Assembly: GCA_040754655.1 (NCBI GenBank) | Contig: JBFMCE010000035.1 | Span: forward strand, 1 to 36,708 | Length of the DNA stretch: 36,708 nt | Reading direction: 5' to 3' | Source of the DNA: Bdellovibrionota bacterium | GTDB taxonomy: Bacteria > Bdellovibrionota > UBA1018 > UBA923 | Shown here: positions 26,448-35,228 of the stretch, piece by piece | Layout: each line of letters begins with the position of its first letter | Position numbering within the stretch: the stretch's first letter is position 1 | Translations under genes and position numbers: made by a program | Notes under the pieces: model-generated | The model's input: only the letters and a program-made list of their open reading frames with translations | What the model was told of the DNA's origin: nothing | The model's database searches: none

Positions 26448-27439
26448 TGATGGCGACGACTTTATTGACCGCGAAACAAGCGATCACAGAGCTCGAAAAA
26501 GGCAAAGCCAAACCCGTTTATTATCTCTACGGCGAAGAGCCGTTTAAGATACAGGAGTTTGTTGAAAAGCTTTGCGCTCTGGCGTTTGGCGAAGATCCAT
26601 CAAAGTTTGAATCTTCCGCTGCGTTAGAGAAGTCTTTTTCTTTTTGCATCGACCGGCTTGATGGCGCTTCAAGCACGGGTGGCGATGTTCTTGAGGCTAT
26701 TCAGAGCATCGGCCTGTTTGGCTCGGCGCAGTCGGGCGGCCGCCGGGTGGTTCTTGTCAGGCAAGCCCATCAAATGAAAGACGTGGATACGTTGGCGAAA
26801 CCTCTGTTTGATTCGGCGCCGGAGTCTCCGTGGGGCGAGAACATCTTGGTGCTCATTGCGGACTCGCTTGATGGAAGAAGAAAATTTCACCAGTGGCTTA
26901 AAAAACAGGGCTTCACTTTAGAGTTCAAACCGGCGCGTGATGCGGAGCTTTTGCAGTGGGTTCAGTACCTGGCCAAGAAGAGGAACCTGAATATCGCGCC
27001 CGAAGCCGCTCAAGTTCTGGCAGCCCAATCTGAAGGCTCTCTTTACCGCCTGGCTCAAGAGATTGAAAAAGCCTGGTTGTTCGCTGGCGCAAGCCCAAAC
27101 TTAAGCTTGAGCCTCGAACACATCGCTGCAGTCAGTTCTTATCAAGGCAGCTTCGAGATGGTTGAACTTGTTCGCGCAATATTAGAGTCAAAACGGACTC
27201 GCGCGCTTTTGCTTGCAGAGAAGCTTGTTCGTACTCCTGAAGAAGCTTTGGGCTTGGTTGGTTTTCTCACTTGGGCAGTCAAAAATCCGGGCCGGGGTTT
27301 TGCTGGAACGATCGTCGGTGGCAGGCAACGCGCCGAGCGGCTCGTGGGGGCGCTGGTTGACTTGGATGAGCGCTTAAAAACATCAGGGCTGGACGCGCCA
27401 GCCCTGATTGAAGAATTCGTAATTTCTCAAAGTCGTTAA
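26447..27439 (+). CDS. holA: DNA polymerase III delta subunit
   Basis: PVYYLYGEE, LF...RRVVLV, DGRRK and QEIEK; synteny with leuS-lptE. Confidence 0.9.
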   Translation: MMATTLLTAKQAITELEKGKAKPVYYLYGEEPFKIQEFVEKLCALAFGEDPSKFESSAALEKSFSFCIDRLDGASSTGGDVLEAIQSIGLFGSAQSGGRRVVLVRQAHQMKDVDTLAKPLFDSAPESPWGENILVLIADSLDGRRKFHQWLKKQGFTLEFKPARDAELLQWVQYLAKKRNLNIAPEAAQVLAAQSEGSLYRLAQEIEKAWLFAGASPNLSLSLEHIAAVSSYQGSFEMVELVRAILESKRTRALLLAEKLVRTPEEALGLVGFLTWAVKNPGRGFAGTIVGGRQRAERLVGALVDLDERLKTSGLDAPALIEEFVISQSR

Positions 27440-27498
27440 CCCAGCCTCATTCAGCGGCGCAATCGCCTGCCTTATAAAGCTGGGCTAAAGATAAAATA

Positions 27499-27795
27499 TC
27501 AGCGAGAAGCGCTCGTCTGAGATTGAGCTTTGAATTTCTTACACAGTGCAGCAGCCAAACGAGAAACCTTTCGGCTCGCGCGTTGTTTTGCAAGGACGCC
27601 TTTGCTTGCCGCTTTTCGAAGGGCGCGTTCACCTGAGCGAAGAGCCTTCAAGCCCTCTTCCAGTGAAGGAGCAGACAAAATGCCCTGAATGGCTTTTTTA
27701 GTTTCCGTCCTTGCTTTTGAGCGAAGCGCTTGATTGCGGTCCCGTCGCTTCTCATTCTGACGCGCGCGTTTTAATGCTGATTTGTGGTCTGCCAC
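27499..27795 (-). CDS. rpsT: 30S ribosomal protein S20
   Basis: ADHKSALKRARQ and KGV..K.RASRKVSRL; GTG start at 27795 after GGAGG. Confidence 0.97.
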   Translation of the reverse strand: MADHKSALKRARQNEKRRDRNQALRSKARTETKKAIQGILSAPSLEEGLKALRSGERALRKAASKGVLAKQRASRKVSRLAAALCKKFKAQSQTSASR

Positions 27796-27836
27796 AACAA
27801 ATTCCTCCAAAAATTTTGAATCTAAACGAAGCCACT

Positions 27837-27865
27837 CTTCTACCTAGAATCCTCAACGATTTCAA
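27837..27865 (-). promoter_or_regulatory. Sigma70-type promoter for rpsT
   Basis: TTGAAA-N17-TAGAAG on the minus strand. Confidence 0.5.
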
Positions 27866-27883
27866 TACGAAAAGTAGGTCGTT

Positions 27884-28237
27884 TTAGTCGTGTACGACAA
27901 GCTGGGACCCGAGATGGGCCGGATGAAGATGGCATTGGATCGGGTGAATGCCTTCTTTGTCTGCTACAAATTTAATGGTTTTGCCCTTGGTGTCAGCAAC
28001 CTCTACGACTTTAAACGCAGGAATCGTAAAGCCGTGCACGCTATTAGGGCCGGGCACTTTGCTGATGGCGGTGATTTCAACCGTATCCCCTTTATTGACA
28101 TGGATCGATGAGGGGTGCCACACTTTTACTCCATTGATTTCAAAGGCATAAAAAGTAAATTTCCGGGTTTCGGCAAACACGCTCTGTGCCACCAAAAGCC
28201 CCGTCAGGGTAAGAACGAACAGAGTCATCCTTCGCAT
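27884..28237 (-). CDS. Periplasmic cupredoxin, nitrosocyanin-like
   Basis: Signal peptide (VFA); P..I.V.KGD.V, HGFTI, F.ADK.G and CHLHPAH. Confidence 0.85.
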   Translation of the reverse strand: MRRMTLFVLTLTGLLVAQSVFAETRKFTFYAFEINGVKVWHPSSIHVNKGDTVEITAISKVPGPNSVHGFTIPAFKVVEVADTKGKTIKFVADKEGIHPIQCHLHPAHLGSQLVVHD

Positions 28238-28279
28238 GAGAGATCTCCTTGAATAAAAAAGGATTGAGATTTGCTCAAG

Positions 28280-28309
28280 AGACTAGGCAATCGATCTCTT
28301 CCTTGTCAA
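28280..28309 (-). promoter_or_regulatory. Sigma70-type promoter for the cupredoxin gene
   Basis: TTGACA-N18-TAGTCT; TTGAG-N5-CTCAA palindrome at 28264-28278 just downstream. Confidence 0.55.
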
Positions 28310-28323
28310 TAGAAGCGAGCAAG

Positions 28324-28515
28324 TTAGAAAAGAAGTTTGCTCAGCGGGATCCATGCACCCATCAAGAGCAGAGCAAGGGCGCCAGCTCTGCGAAGAAAGA
28401 CTAAAAGTTCAGTCGGAATTCCTGGCAGAAAGTGAAAATCCAGCGGGTCTGGTTCCTTTGACCGAACGTGTATGATTCCTAGGGCCATCAGTCCTGATCC
28501 CAAAACAATATGCAA
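28324..28515 (-). CDS. Small two-TM hypothetical membrane protein (start uncertain)
   Basis: Two hydrophobic segments; fills the gap between co-oriented genes. Confidence 0.5.
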   Translation of the reverse strand: MHIVLGSGLMALGIIHVRSKEPDPLDFHFLPGIPTELLVFLRRAGALALLLMGAWIPLSKLLF

Positions 28516-28557
28516 AAGATGCGGGCTCAGGGTGCCGAGATTCAGTATCGAAATAGG

Positions 28558-29145
28558 TCACGCTCCTGTTGGGGTGGTGCCGTCGTTTTGAGGCTTAGCG
28601 GCGGTGTTCACCGGAGAAACGTTCGGCTTTTGAGCCTGAGTCGGATTATTTGGCTTTGGTCCGCGTTGCGGCCTACGTGGGCCACGGGGGCGTTGCTCTC
28701 GATTTGAAGATGGCGCGCCAGCATCTGTTTTTCCATCTCGCGCGACTTGTCCTTTACCCTCTTCTTGCGGACGGCGCCGACCGCCTTTGCGGCCACGCTT
28801 TTTGTTTCGTCCTTTTCCTGGGCCTTCACTGCGAGCAGGTCGTTTTGGCGCAGGAGTATAAAAGAACTCCGCGAGGTAATGCCGTTCTGCTTTTTGGACC
28901 GCTCCATTCGGGGCAGTCTTCCCTTCGTCAACCGCGAGTACGATGACGCGTTTGAGATTATCTGACTTGGCTTCAGCAACCTCAAGGGCGTGAAGAAAGT
29001 AAGTCAATTTATCGCCTTCAAGCTTAAGCGCCTCACCCAAGGCTTGAGGCAGCTCTTCAGCCGCCTTGCCGCCAGCGAGCAGCTCTTTTTTCTTACTCAG
29101 GGCGTTTTTAAGGGTAAAACCGTCAAATTCAGTGATCGTCTTCAT
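28558..29145 (-). CDS. Hypothetical protein with globular N-terminus and basic disordered tail
   Basis: Probable start MKTITEF at ATG 29145 (track start 29187 also possible); R/G/K/P-rich C-terminal half. Confidence 0.75.
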   Translation of the reverse strand: MKTITEFDGFTLKNALSKKKELLAGGKAAEELPQALGEALKLEGDKLTYFLHALEVAEAKSDNLKRVIVLAVDEGKTAPNGAVQKAERHYLAEFFYTPAPKRPARSEGPGKGRNKKRGRKGGRRRPQEEGKGQVARDGKTDAGAPSSNREQRPRGPRRPQRGPKPNNPTQAQKPNVSPVNTAAKPQNDGTTPTGA

Positions 29146-29189
29146 AGAAAACTGGTTATCTAACATCTCGGTAAAAAGATCCAGCATTT

Positions 29190-30551
29190 CTAGAGGGTGG
29201 CTTTTGAAATCGAATCCACGATTAGCGAGAAGATGTGCTTGAAATGGCCTTGGCCATAGCGTGAGGTCATCGCCGTGATATACTCTTGCGGGTCAAACCG
29301 GCCTTCCTTCGAGTCGGCAAAATCAATCATCTCTTCCGCGATGATGAAAAGGCTTGTCAAAGGACTCATATGAGCCGCTCCCAAGCCCGCCGGAAACCCG
29401 TGCTGGTCAGGGCTCTCATGGTGTTGCGCGATAATAGTATCAAGATGAGCCGGCAGCCCCGCGATTTCTTGGACGATGGCGGCCGCATTGGTGGGATGCA
29501 ACTTATAGCGGGCAATTTCTTTGTCATTGAACAAGACTCGACTCTTCTCAAGATCGCGCAGGGTGCGAATTCTAGCGAGCTTGGGGTCAGTCAAGGTAAT
29601 GTCATGAATGAAAGCCGCAAGCGCCAGCTTGTGCCGAGTGATTTCAGAATCCCAGACCGCAAGAGTCGAAAGAGCGCAGGCAATGTGAGCAGTCATAATA
29701 CTGTGGGTCGCAAGATACGATTCAGGCTCATTCGAAATCTTCTGCAAGTGCTGGGTGAGCCGAGGAAAAGACTGCATGGTCCTCAGGGCGAGCTCAACGC
29801 TTGCTTTGGCAAGGCTCATGGCATGCTTTGAAAAGCCCAATTTTTGCGAGATCACTTGCATGGCTTCATAGGCTTGCTTGCCGACTTCAAAGAATTCGTC
29901 ATACGAAACCGCTTTATTGGCTGCGAGGCTGAAGATGTCGCGTGCGAATCTTTCTAGGAAGATATCGCAATCGGATTCATGAATATAAAGATGCTCGACC
30001 GATCTCTGTGAATAACGCGCAATGTCTTCAGGCGTCAGGCAATCGCCTTCACGCAAGAGCTTGACGTATTTATCGTCAGAAAGCTTGATGTAAACATCTG
30101 AGTGCAAAAGGTTTACGCGCAAGAGCGTTTGCGTTTTGATCTTGAAGTAAACAGGCTGAGTTTGCTTAAGCCGCAAAGAAGCGAGTTGTTTCGTTTGGTC
30201 ACGTACCAATTCAATGAGTTTTTCGATGCGATACGGCTTTTGGATATAGCCCGATACGCCCAGGGCCGTGAGTTCGGGGTGATCCTCAAGCTCATCGCTA
30301 GTGGAGACGATGAAAGGGATGCCGGCGTGTTTGCTCTTGATGTGCCTTAAGACAAATTCCCCATTGGCTTGCGGCATGTTGTAGTCGCAAATCACACAAG
30401 CCAAAGACGGGTTGGAATCGACGAGCTCGATTCCTTGTTTTGCTGAGCTTGCCGCTAGAACTTCGGCGTTAAACGCCCTGGCCAGGGCGAAAGCGAGAAT
30501 TTCTCGAACATTTTCTTCATCATCAATGATGAGGACTTTAGGTTTGTTCAA
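29190..30551 (-). CDS. Response regulator receiver plus divergent HD-GYP domain
   Basis: VLIIDDE, ICDYNMP and QKPY form an intact REC; FIHDIT; HHESPDQHGFP. Confidence 0.88.
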   Translation of the reverse strand: MNKPKVLIIDDEENVREILAFALARAFNAEVLAASSAKQGIELVDSNPSLACVICDYNMPQANGEFVLRHIKSKHAGIPFIVSTSDELEDHPELTALGVSGYIQKPYRIEKLIELVRDQTKQLASLRLKQTQPVYFKIKTQTLLRVNLLHSDVYIKLSDDKYVKLLREGDCLTPEDIARYSQRSVEHLYIHESDCDIFLERFARDIFSLAANKAVSYDEFFEVGKQAYEAMQVISQKLGFSKHAMSLAKASVELALRTMQSFPRLTQHLQKISNEPESYLATHSIMTAHIACALSTLAVWDSEITRHKLALAAFIHDITLTDPKLARIRTLRDLEKSRVLFNDKEIARYKLHPTNAAAIVQEIAGLPAHLDTIIAQHHESPDQHGFPAGLGAAHMSPLTSLFIIAEEMIDFADSKEGRFDPQEYITAMTSRYGQGHFKHIFSLIVDSISKATL

Positions 30552-30706
30552 GCTGACCTCTTTTTAAGAGTGTACCGCCAGGACCTTGTACGAGCAATGT
30601 CGCCATGAGAATAAATCCGCTCCCAAAGAGTTCTCGTGTCTTCAGGGTCTCCTCTGGGAGCAGGCGCCCAAAGACGGCGGCAAAAACAGCCTGGAGACTT
30701 CAAAGA

Positions 30707-32362
30707 CTATAGCTTGAAGTCGTGAGCGCTCAAAAATCGGTTCGTGGGTTTGCGCACTTCAGGGGTGGCGTAGCGAACCTTTGCTCGGTAGGTGCCTCGA
30801 TGTGAGGGGTCGGCTTTCCAAGACATGGAAGACCTGAGATCTTCCAGTTCTACCTCTTGTCCGTTTGATTCCACTTTATACCAGCGAACCGAAAGGTCTT
30901 TGAGTTTTGGAGTGTAAAGTTGAACAGTTCGATTTTCACTCACATCCACTCGGTCAATCAGGTCGACTTTCTTCAAAAACCGAGTCCACATGTTTTCTTG
31001 ATCAACGACGCAGAACTTCTTTTTCTTCATGTCTCGCATCAGGCAAGAGTCATGCGTTGGACGGTAGCCCACCATCCTTCCAGAGTCGTCAAAGGTCGCA
31101 AACGCCCCGATGCGGTCAGGCGTGAAGTCATAATTCTCAGGCAACGCGTAGACACGGGAAATCGCTAAGACGTTATTCCCATCGTTGGCGTTCTCGCTGT
31201 ATACCATCTTGTGTTTTCCGGAAGGGACCCCCTTGAGCGGGCCTACTTGGAAGAAGCCCCGGTCGTCATGAAATTCGCCTTTGATCGGAATGCGGTTCCC
31301 ATTGATGTGAAGGTGAACATCGTCTGGGCTACTCCAGCCGACCGAGCTGATCAGTGCATAGAAATAGGATCCTGCAGGGCCTGACGGGAAATTATAAGTC
31401 ATCGTGTATGGCGAATCCTTCAACTCATGCCAAGCGTATTCCCCCTTGTGCATGCTGACGTCAAATGCTTCAATCGGCCCTTCGCTCCAGTGATCCCAAT
31501 CGGTTCTTTTAGAGCGCGAAAAATTGGCGCCGCTATAGACTTGTCCGCCATCATATTCTTCGCCTACCTCCCCAAAGTTATGGCCGAGTTCATGGCGCAA
31601 GACGATATTTCCGCTTCGCACGGAACGCGTTGAGATGGCGTATCGACCTCCCAAGCCTCCGTAAAAATCGTCGTTGGCGATGACAATGGGATAGTCGGCG
31701 CCAGGCGCCAATGCAATCGCGCGTTCAAGCGCGTTGGTGTTTCCGGGTAAAATCGCGCGTTTTGAACCTTTAGGAGACCTGTACAGTTCAAAAACCGTAT
31801 CCACACGCCTGCGGTCGCTAAGCCCAGATTCATTTGAAGGAACAAAGACCGCGTAGACATTGAAAAGCGGAAGATAGCTGGCAAAGGTTTGCCCGGTGAA
31901 CATGTCTTTGGCCATGCGAGAGACGTCTGAAAAGAACTTTTCCTTTTCATCTTCGGTATAACCATCGCCCAAGAAGGTGAGGTTGATTCGGTTTGATGGG
32001 GGGCCTTGTTCGATGATGGTTTTCACTTCCGATCCTGGCCACTTTAATTTTCGAAGAAAACGTTCCGTTTTGTGAGCGTAAGAGATCAGTTGCTCAGGAA
32101 GTCTTTTTTCTGAATAAAGCACTTCCCGGTACATGACTTTGGAAGGCCGCGAATCTTCGCTCAAGATCAAAGGGATTGAGCGCAGCAATCGTGGGTTTTT
32201 TGCGGTGTTCCGCGGTATGTGGCGTACCGCGCGCACTTTTTTTTCATCTTTGTTCTCTAAGAACTGCACAATCCAGTCTGCTTGAGAGAAGCGCGGAGAC
32301 AGAATTGAAGAAATGAGAAAACACATCCCTGAAAATGACGCGCGTTTTAGCCAAGTTCCCAC
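30707..32362 (-). CDS. Secreted peptidase family M64 (IgA peptidase-like)
   Basis: NRINLTFLGDGYT, FNVYAV, YGGLG, HELGHNFGEVGEEY and YRPT..SCLMR...FC.V. Confidence 0.9.
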   Translation of the reverse strand: MGTWLKRASFSGMCFLISSILSPRFSQADWIVQFLENKDEKKVRAVRHIPRNTAKNPRLLRSIPLILSEDSRPSKVMYREVLYSEKRLPEQLISYAHKTERFLRKLKWPGSEVKTIIEQGPPSNRINLTFLGDGYTEDEKEKFFSDVSRMAKDMFTGQTFASYLPLFNVYAVFVPSNESGLSDRRRVDTVFELYRSPKGSKRAILPGNTNALERAIALAPGADYPIVIANDDFYGGLGGRYAISTRSVRSGNIVLRHELGHNFGEVGEEYDGGQVYSGANFSRSKRTDWDHWSEGPIEAFDVSMHKGEYAWHELKDSPYTMTYNFPSGPAGSYFYALISSVGWSSPDDVHLHINGNRIPIKGEFHDDRGFFQVGPLKGVPSGKHKMVYSENANDGNNVLAISRVYALPENYDFTPDRIGAFATFDDSGRMVGYRPTHDSCLMRDMKKKKFCVVDQENMWTRFLKKVDLIDRVDVSENRTVQLYTPKLKDLSVRWYKVESNGQEVELEDLRSSMSWKADPSHRGTYRAKVRYATPEVRKPTNRFLSAHDFKL

Positions 32363-32407
32363 CGTTTTCCCCCCGTTTAAGAACTTCCAATTGAGACTTT
32401 GCTAAAA

Positions 32408-32436
32408 ACGCTAGCGCTCACAGAGGGCTCCGTCAA
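32408..32436 (-). promoter_or_regulatory. Sigma70-type promoter for the M64 peptidase gene
   Basis: TTGACG-N17-TAGCGT. Confidence 0.55.
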
Positions 32437-32520
32437 TAAACTAAACTTCGTGGCAACAATCGGTGCACTAGCCACATCCAACAAAGTTGGTTAGAAAAAA
32501 CCATAAACGAAGAGGGGTAA

Positions 32521-33228
32521 ATGAAGATGTCTCAGACCGTACTGATCACAGGAGCAAGCAGCGGGGGAATAGGATTTGGATTTAGCGAGGCATTTTTGAA
32601 ATCAGGAGCGACAGTCGTTGTGACGGCGCGCCATCCTGAAAAAGATGAGGGGATGCAGGGCTTAAAACGCGAGTATGGGAATCGGTACGCAGCGCGAACG
32701 CTTGATTTGACCGGTCAAAAAGTGGAATCCGAGCTAGACGCGATTGCGCGCGAGATGGGGCAGCTCGACATTCTCATCAACTGCGCGGGCGTGTATCCGA
32801 AGAGCGATGACAACCCGCTTGAACGTGCGAGTTTTGACGACTGGGCTTCGGCCTATCTCGTGAATGCGGTCGGGCCTGCAAGGGTGACTCGCGCTTTGTT
32901 GCCAGCGCTGCAGAAAGGTTCTGCGCCAAAGTTGATCAATATTACGAGCCTCATGGGTTCGATCGACGACAATGCCAGCGGGGGATATTACGCTTACCGC
33001 ATGTCGAAGGCTGCACTGAATATGTTTAACAAATCTTTTTCGATCGATCACCCAGAGATCATCGCGGTCGTCTTGCATCCTGGTTGGGTCAAAACAAAGA
33101 TGACTGGGCCAGAGGCTCCGACCACTGTTGAAGAGTCCGTGGGTGGGATGATGAAGGTGATCGAAAAACTAGGCAGGCAAGATTCCGGCCAGTTCTTTGA
33201 TTTTGAAGGCGATGTGCTTCCCTGGTGA
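32521..33228 (+). CDS. Short-chain dehydrogenase/reductase, C-factor (CsgA)-like
   Basis: LITGAS.GIG, DILINCAG, SLMGSI, YRMSKAALN, HPGWVKT and G..LPW. Confidence 0.92.
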   Translation: MKMSQTVLITGASSGGIGFGFSEAFLKSGATVVVTARHPEKDEGMQGLKREYGNRYAARTLDLTGQKVESELDAIAREMGQLDILINCAGVYPKSDDNPLERASFDDWASAYLVNAVGPARVTRALLPALQKGSAPKLINITSLMGSIDDNASGGYYAYRMSKAALNMFNKSFSIDHPEIIAVVLHPGWVKTKMTGPEAPTTVEESVGGMMKVIEKLGRQDSGQFFDFEGDVLPW

Positions 33229-33232
33229 GCCG

Positions 33233-33799
33233 TCACGGATGGCCGCGGATGATCTCGAATTTGCGGACATGGCACCAGTCTTGGCCTACAAGGCTTGAGC
33301 CGCTTTCAATATGCTGATGGAACAGGGATGGGCGCCTGATTTGGTTTCGCAGTTCGACTTGTTTGCACAGCTCGAGGTGTTCGTGGGCCTCAGAGGTGGT
33401 TTCTACGAAAACATGCTCGCTAGATCCTAAACTCACTTGAGCCTTGCAGAGAAAACCAGTGAGCGCCGTATCGTCTACGGAAATAGGCACTGCTTCATAA
33501 ACGGCATCGACTTGGACATGGAAAGCCACGGATCCCATATTGAGTTCAGGATAGTGTTTGTCTACGACTGACCACATCCGCTCACGAATCTTTTTCACTT
33601 CTTGCTCACACTGTCTTCTCATTTTTTCTTGAGATGCATCTCGCAGGGTCTTTAGCCATCCAAGGGTTATCGTCAGGTTTCGCGATGCTCTTACGAAGTG
33701 ATTTTCTTCTGACTGCTCTATTGACTGCTCTATGTGAGCGAAGCCAGCGAGAAGGCAGGTGGCGCAAGAGAGAAGGGTCAGGTTTTTTAGAAATCGCAT
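33233..33799 (-). CDS. Hypothetical secreted Cys-containing protein
   Basis: ATG 33799 after GAGGA; signal peptide; four Cys in the mature part. Confidence 0.65.
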   Translation of the reverse strand: MRFLKNLTLLSCATCLLAGFAHIEQSIEQSEENHFVRASRNLTITLGWLKTLRDASQEKMRRQCEQEVKKIRERMWSVVDKHYPELNMGSVAFHVQVDAVYEAVPISVDDTALTGFLCKAQVSLGSSEHVFVETTSEAHEHLELCKQVELRNQIRRPSLFHQHIESGSSLVGQDWCHVRKFEIIRGHP

Positions 33800-33807
33800 A
33801 AAATCCT

Positions 33808-35136
33808 CTATTGTGGCTGGCAATGAACCCATCCGCGCGCGGAAGGGGCAGGAAGGTTTGAGCCGTTAGGATCAGAAGCCCTGCGAACTTCGCACGGCGT
33901 ATTCCAAAACACCTGTGCAACAGGCTCGGCAAGCGAAGAGTCGGAGTCAAAACGAATCCCGTAGTGAACCAAGGCAAGAAAGTTGCTTTCAATCTCAAGT
34001 TCTGTTGAGTCTTCGGCTTGCACGGCGACACCCTCGCGGGGAGTGCGGCGGTCGACATAGAGCAGGTAGCGATCATCAGTGCCTATGACTTCATTTGAGA
34101 AGATTTTTGTTTCAAGAGATTCTTCTCGGATGCGGATGCCGGCTCTTTTTTCAGGAGAACCTACGTTGAGCAAGACATTGTCTTCGATGCGGCTTTTGTG
34201 ATCACAAGCGGCTTCAATTCCGCTTTGAGGAAAGAAAAGGCTCGTTTCCGTGGCGATCCGGTCCGTGAATTGAACGGTGTTCTTCTTTATATGCGCCTCT
34301 CGGAAGCACCGGATCCCGATTCCGATGAACCTGTGCCCGGGATCGGAAGCATACCGTGTGATGTAGATGCTGTTTTCCTCTACAAGAAGGTTGCTAGGGC
34401 CGCTATGGTCAAACTTGCGCCCTTCAAGGCTCAATCCGTGTCTGGTCTTGATCGTGTTTCCCAAGATCTTTCCGTCTTTCAAACATTCTACGCGCACTCC
34501 GGTGGCTTCAGTCAAATCCGTGCGATGCTCACCGATGGCAAGTCCCGCGACCTCAAGACCGTTGATCGTCTTTCCGCTGCAGACACGGTGGGGCGGAAGC
34601 GGCGGTTCAGTAAAGCGCGTTGGATGGTTTTCGATTCCATGCACGAATCCAAAGAGCCCGCCCGACTCGGGATCCGAGTTTCGAATTTTAATGTTCTGGC
34701 GGTGCGACACGAGCCTGAATGCCGCTGAGAAGAGTTTTGGTCCTGCTTGCGCGCGTATTGATGAGCCTTGTAAATCGATCTCTACGTCATCTGCGGCGAC
34801 CTCAATCAAAGGCACCATGTTCGCGCGGAAAAATGGCGCATAGAGCTGCATATCGAAATTCATATCGCCTAAGAGACAATAGCTTCCGGGCGCATTGATC
34901 GCGTAAGGATGGCCTTGCCTCAGCGCTTGATCGATTGCCATGAATGAAATGGGTGTTGCGCCGTTGGGGCACGTTGACCTTTGGCTAAAGAGAGTTCGTA
35001 AATTCGCTTTGATGTCAGAGGCCCGCGGGTTCTTTCCTAAGCTTGTGCGCACACTCAAGCCCGAATGAGCCCACTCGTTTGAAAAGACGAAAATAACGAT
35101 AAAAAGCCACGCGAACTTACCCCGGTTCAAGTCCAT
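33808..35136 (-). CDS. Secreted right-handed parallel beta-helix (pectin-lyase-like) protein
   Basis: INAPGSYCLLGD and ADDVEIDLQG; repeated GI.. and I..N.I motifs. ATG 35136 is preferred over 35154 because a TTGACG-N18-TAGGGC promoter overlaps the latter. Confidence 0.8.
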   Translation of the reverse strand: MDLNRGKFAWLFIVIFVFSNEWAHSGLSVRTSLGKNPRASDIKANLRTLFSQRSTCPNGATPISFMAIDQALRQGHPYAINAPGSYCLLGDMNFDMQLYAPFFRANMVPLIEVAADDVEIDLQGSSIRAQAGPKLFSAAFRLVSHRQNIKIRNSDPESGGLFGFVHGIENHPTRFTEPPLPPHRVCSGKTINGLEVAGLAIGEHRTDLTEATGVRVECLKDGKILGNTIKTRHGLSLEGRKFDHSGPSNLLVEENSIYITRYASDPGHRFIGIGIRCFREAHIKKNTVQFTDRIATETSLFFPQSGIEAACDHKSRIEDNVLLNVGSPEKRAGIRIREESLETKIFSNEVIGTDDRYLLYVDRRTPREGVAVQAEDSTELEIESNFLALVHYGIRFDSDSSLAEPVAQVFWNTPCEVRRASDPNGSNLPAPSARGWVHCQPQ

Positions 35137-35228
35137 GGCCGTGAGCCCTACCATCTTGGGGCTGATGCGTCAAAGGCGCAGGTTTTTCCTTAACTTTTCG
35201 TTTCCAGCTGGTTTATTGACGAACTGAC

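Noticed and set aside
13249..26890. Many 60-175 aa antisense or alternate-frame ORFs inside nadB, alr, mla, leuS and holA
   Set aside because: Shadow ORFs of well-supported genes with no recognisable motifs.
28500..28560. Selenocysteine recoding at TGA 28558-28560
   Set aside because: No convincing SECIS hairpin and no redox-motif context.
30619..30661. GCTCCCA...TGGGAGC hairpin as a REP element or terminator
   Set aside because: Single copy in the window, long loop and no U-tract.
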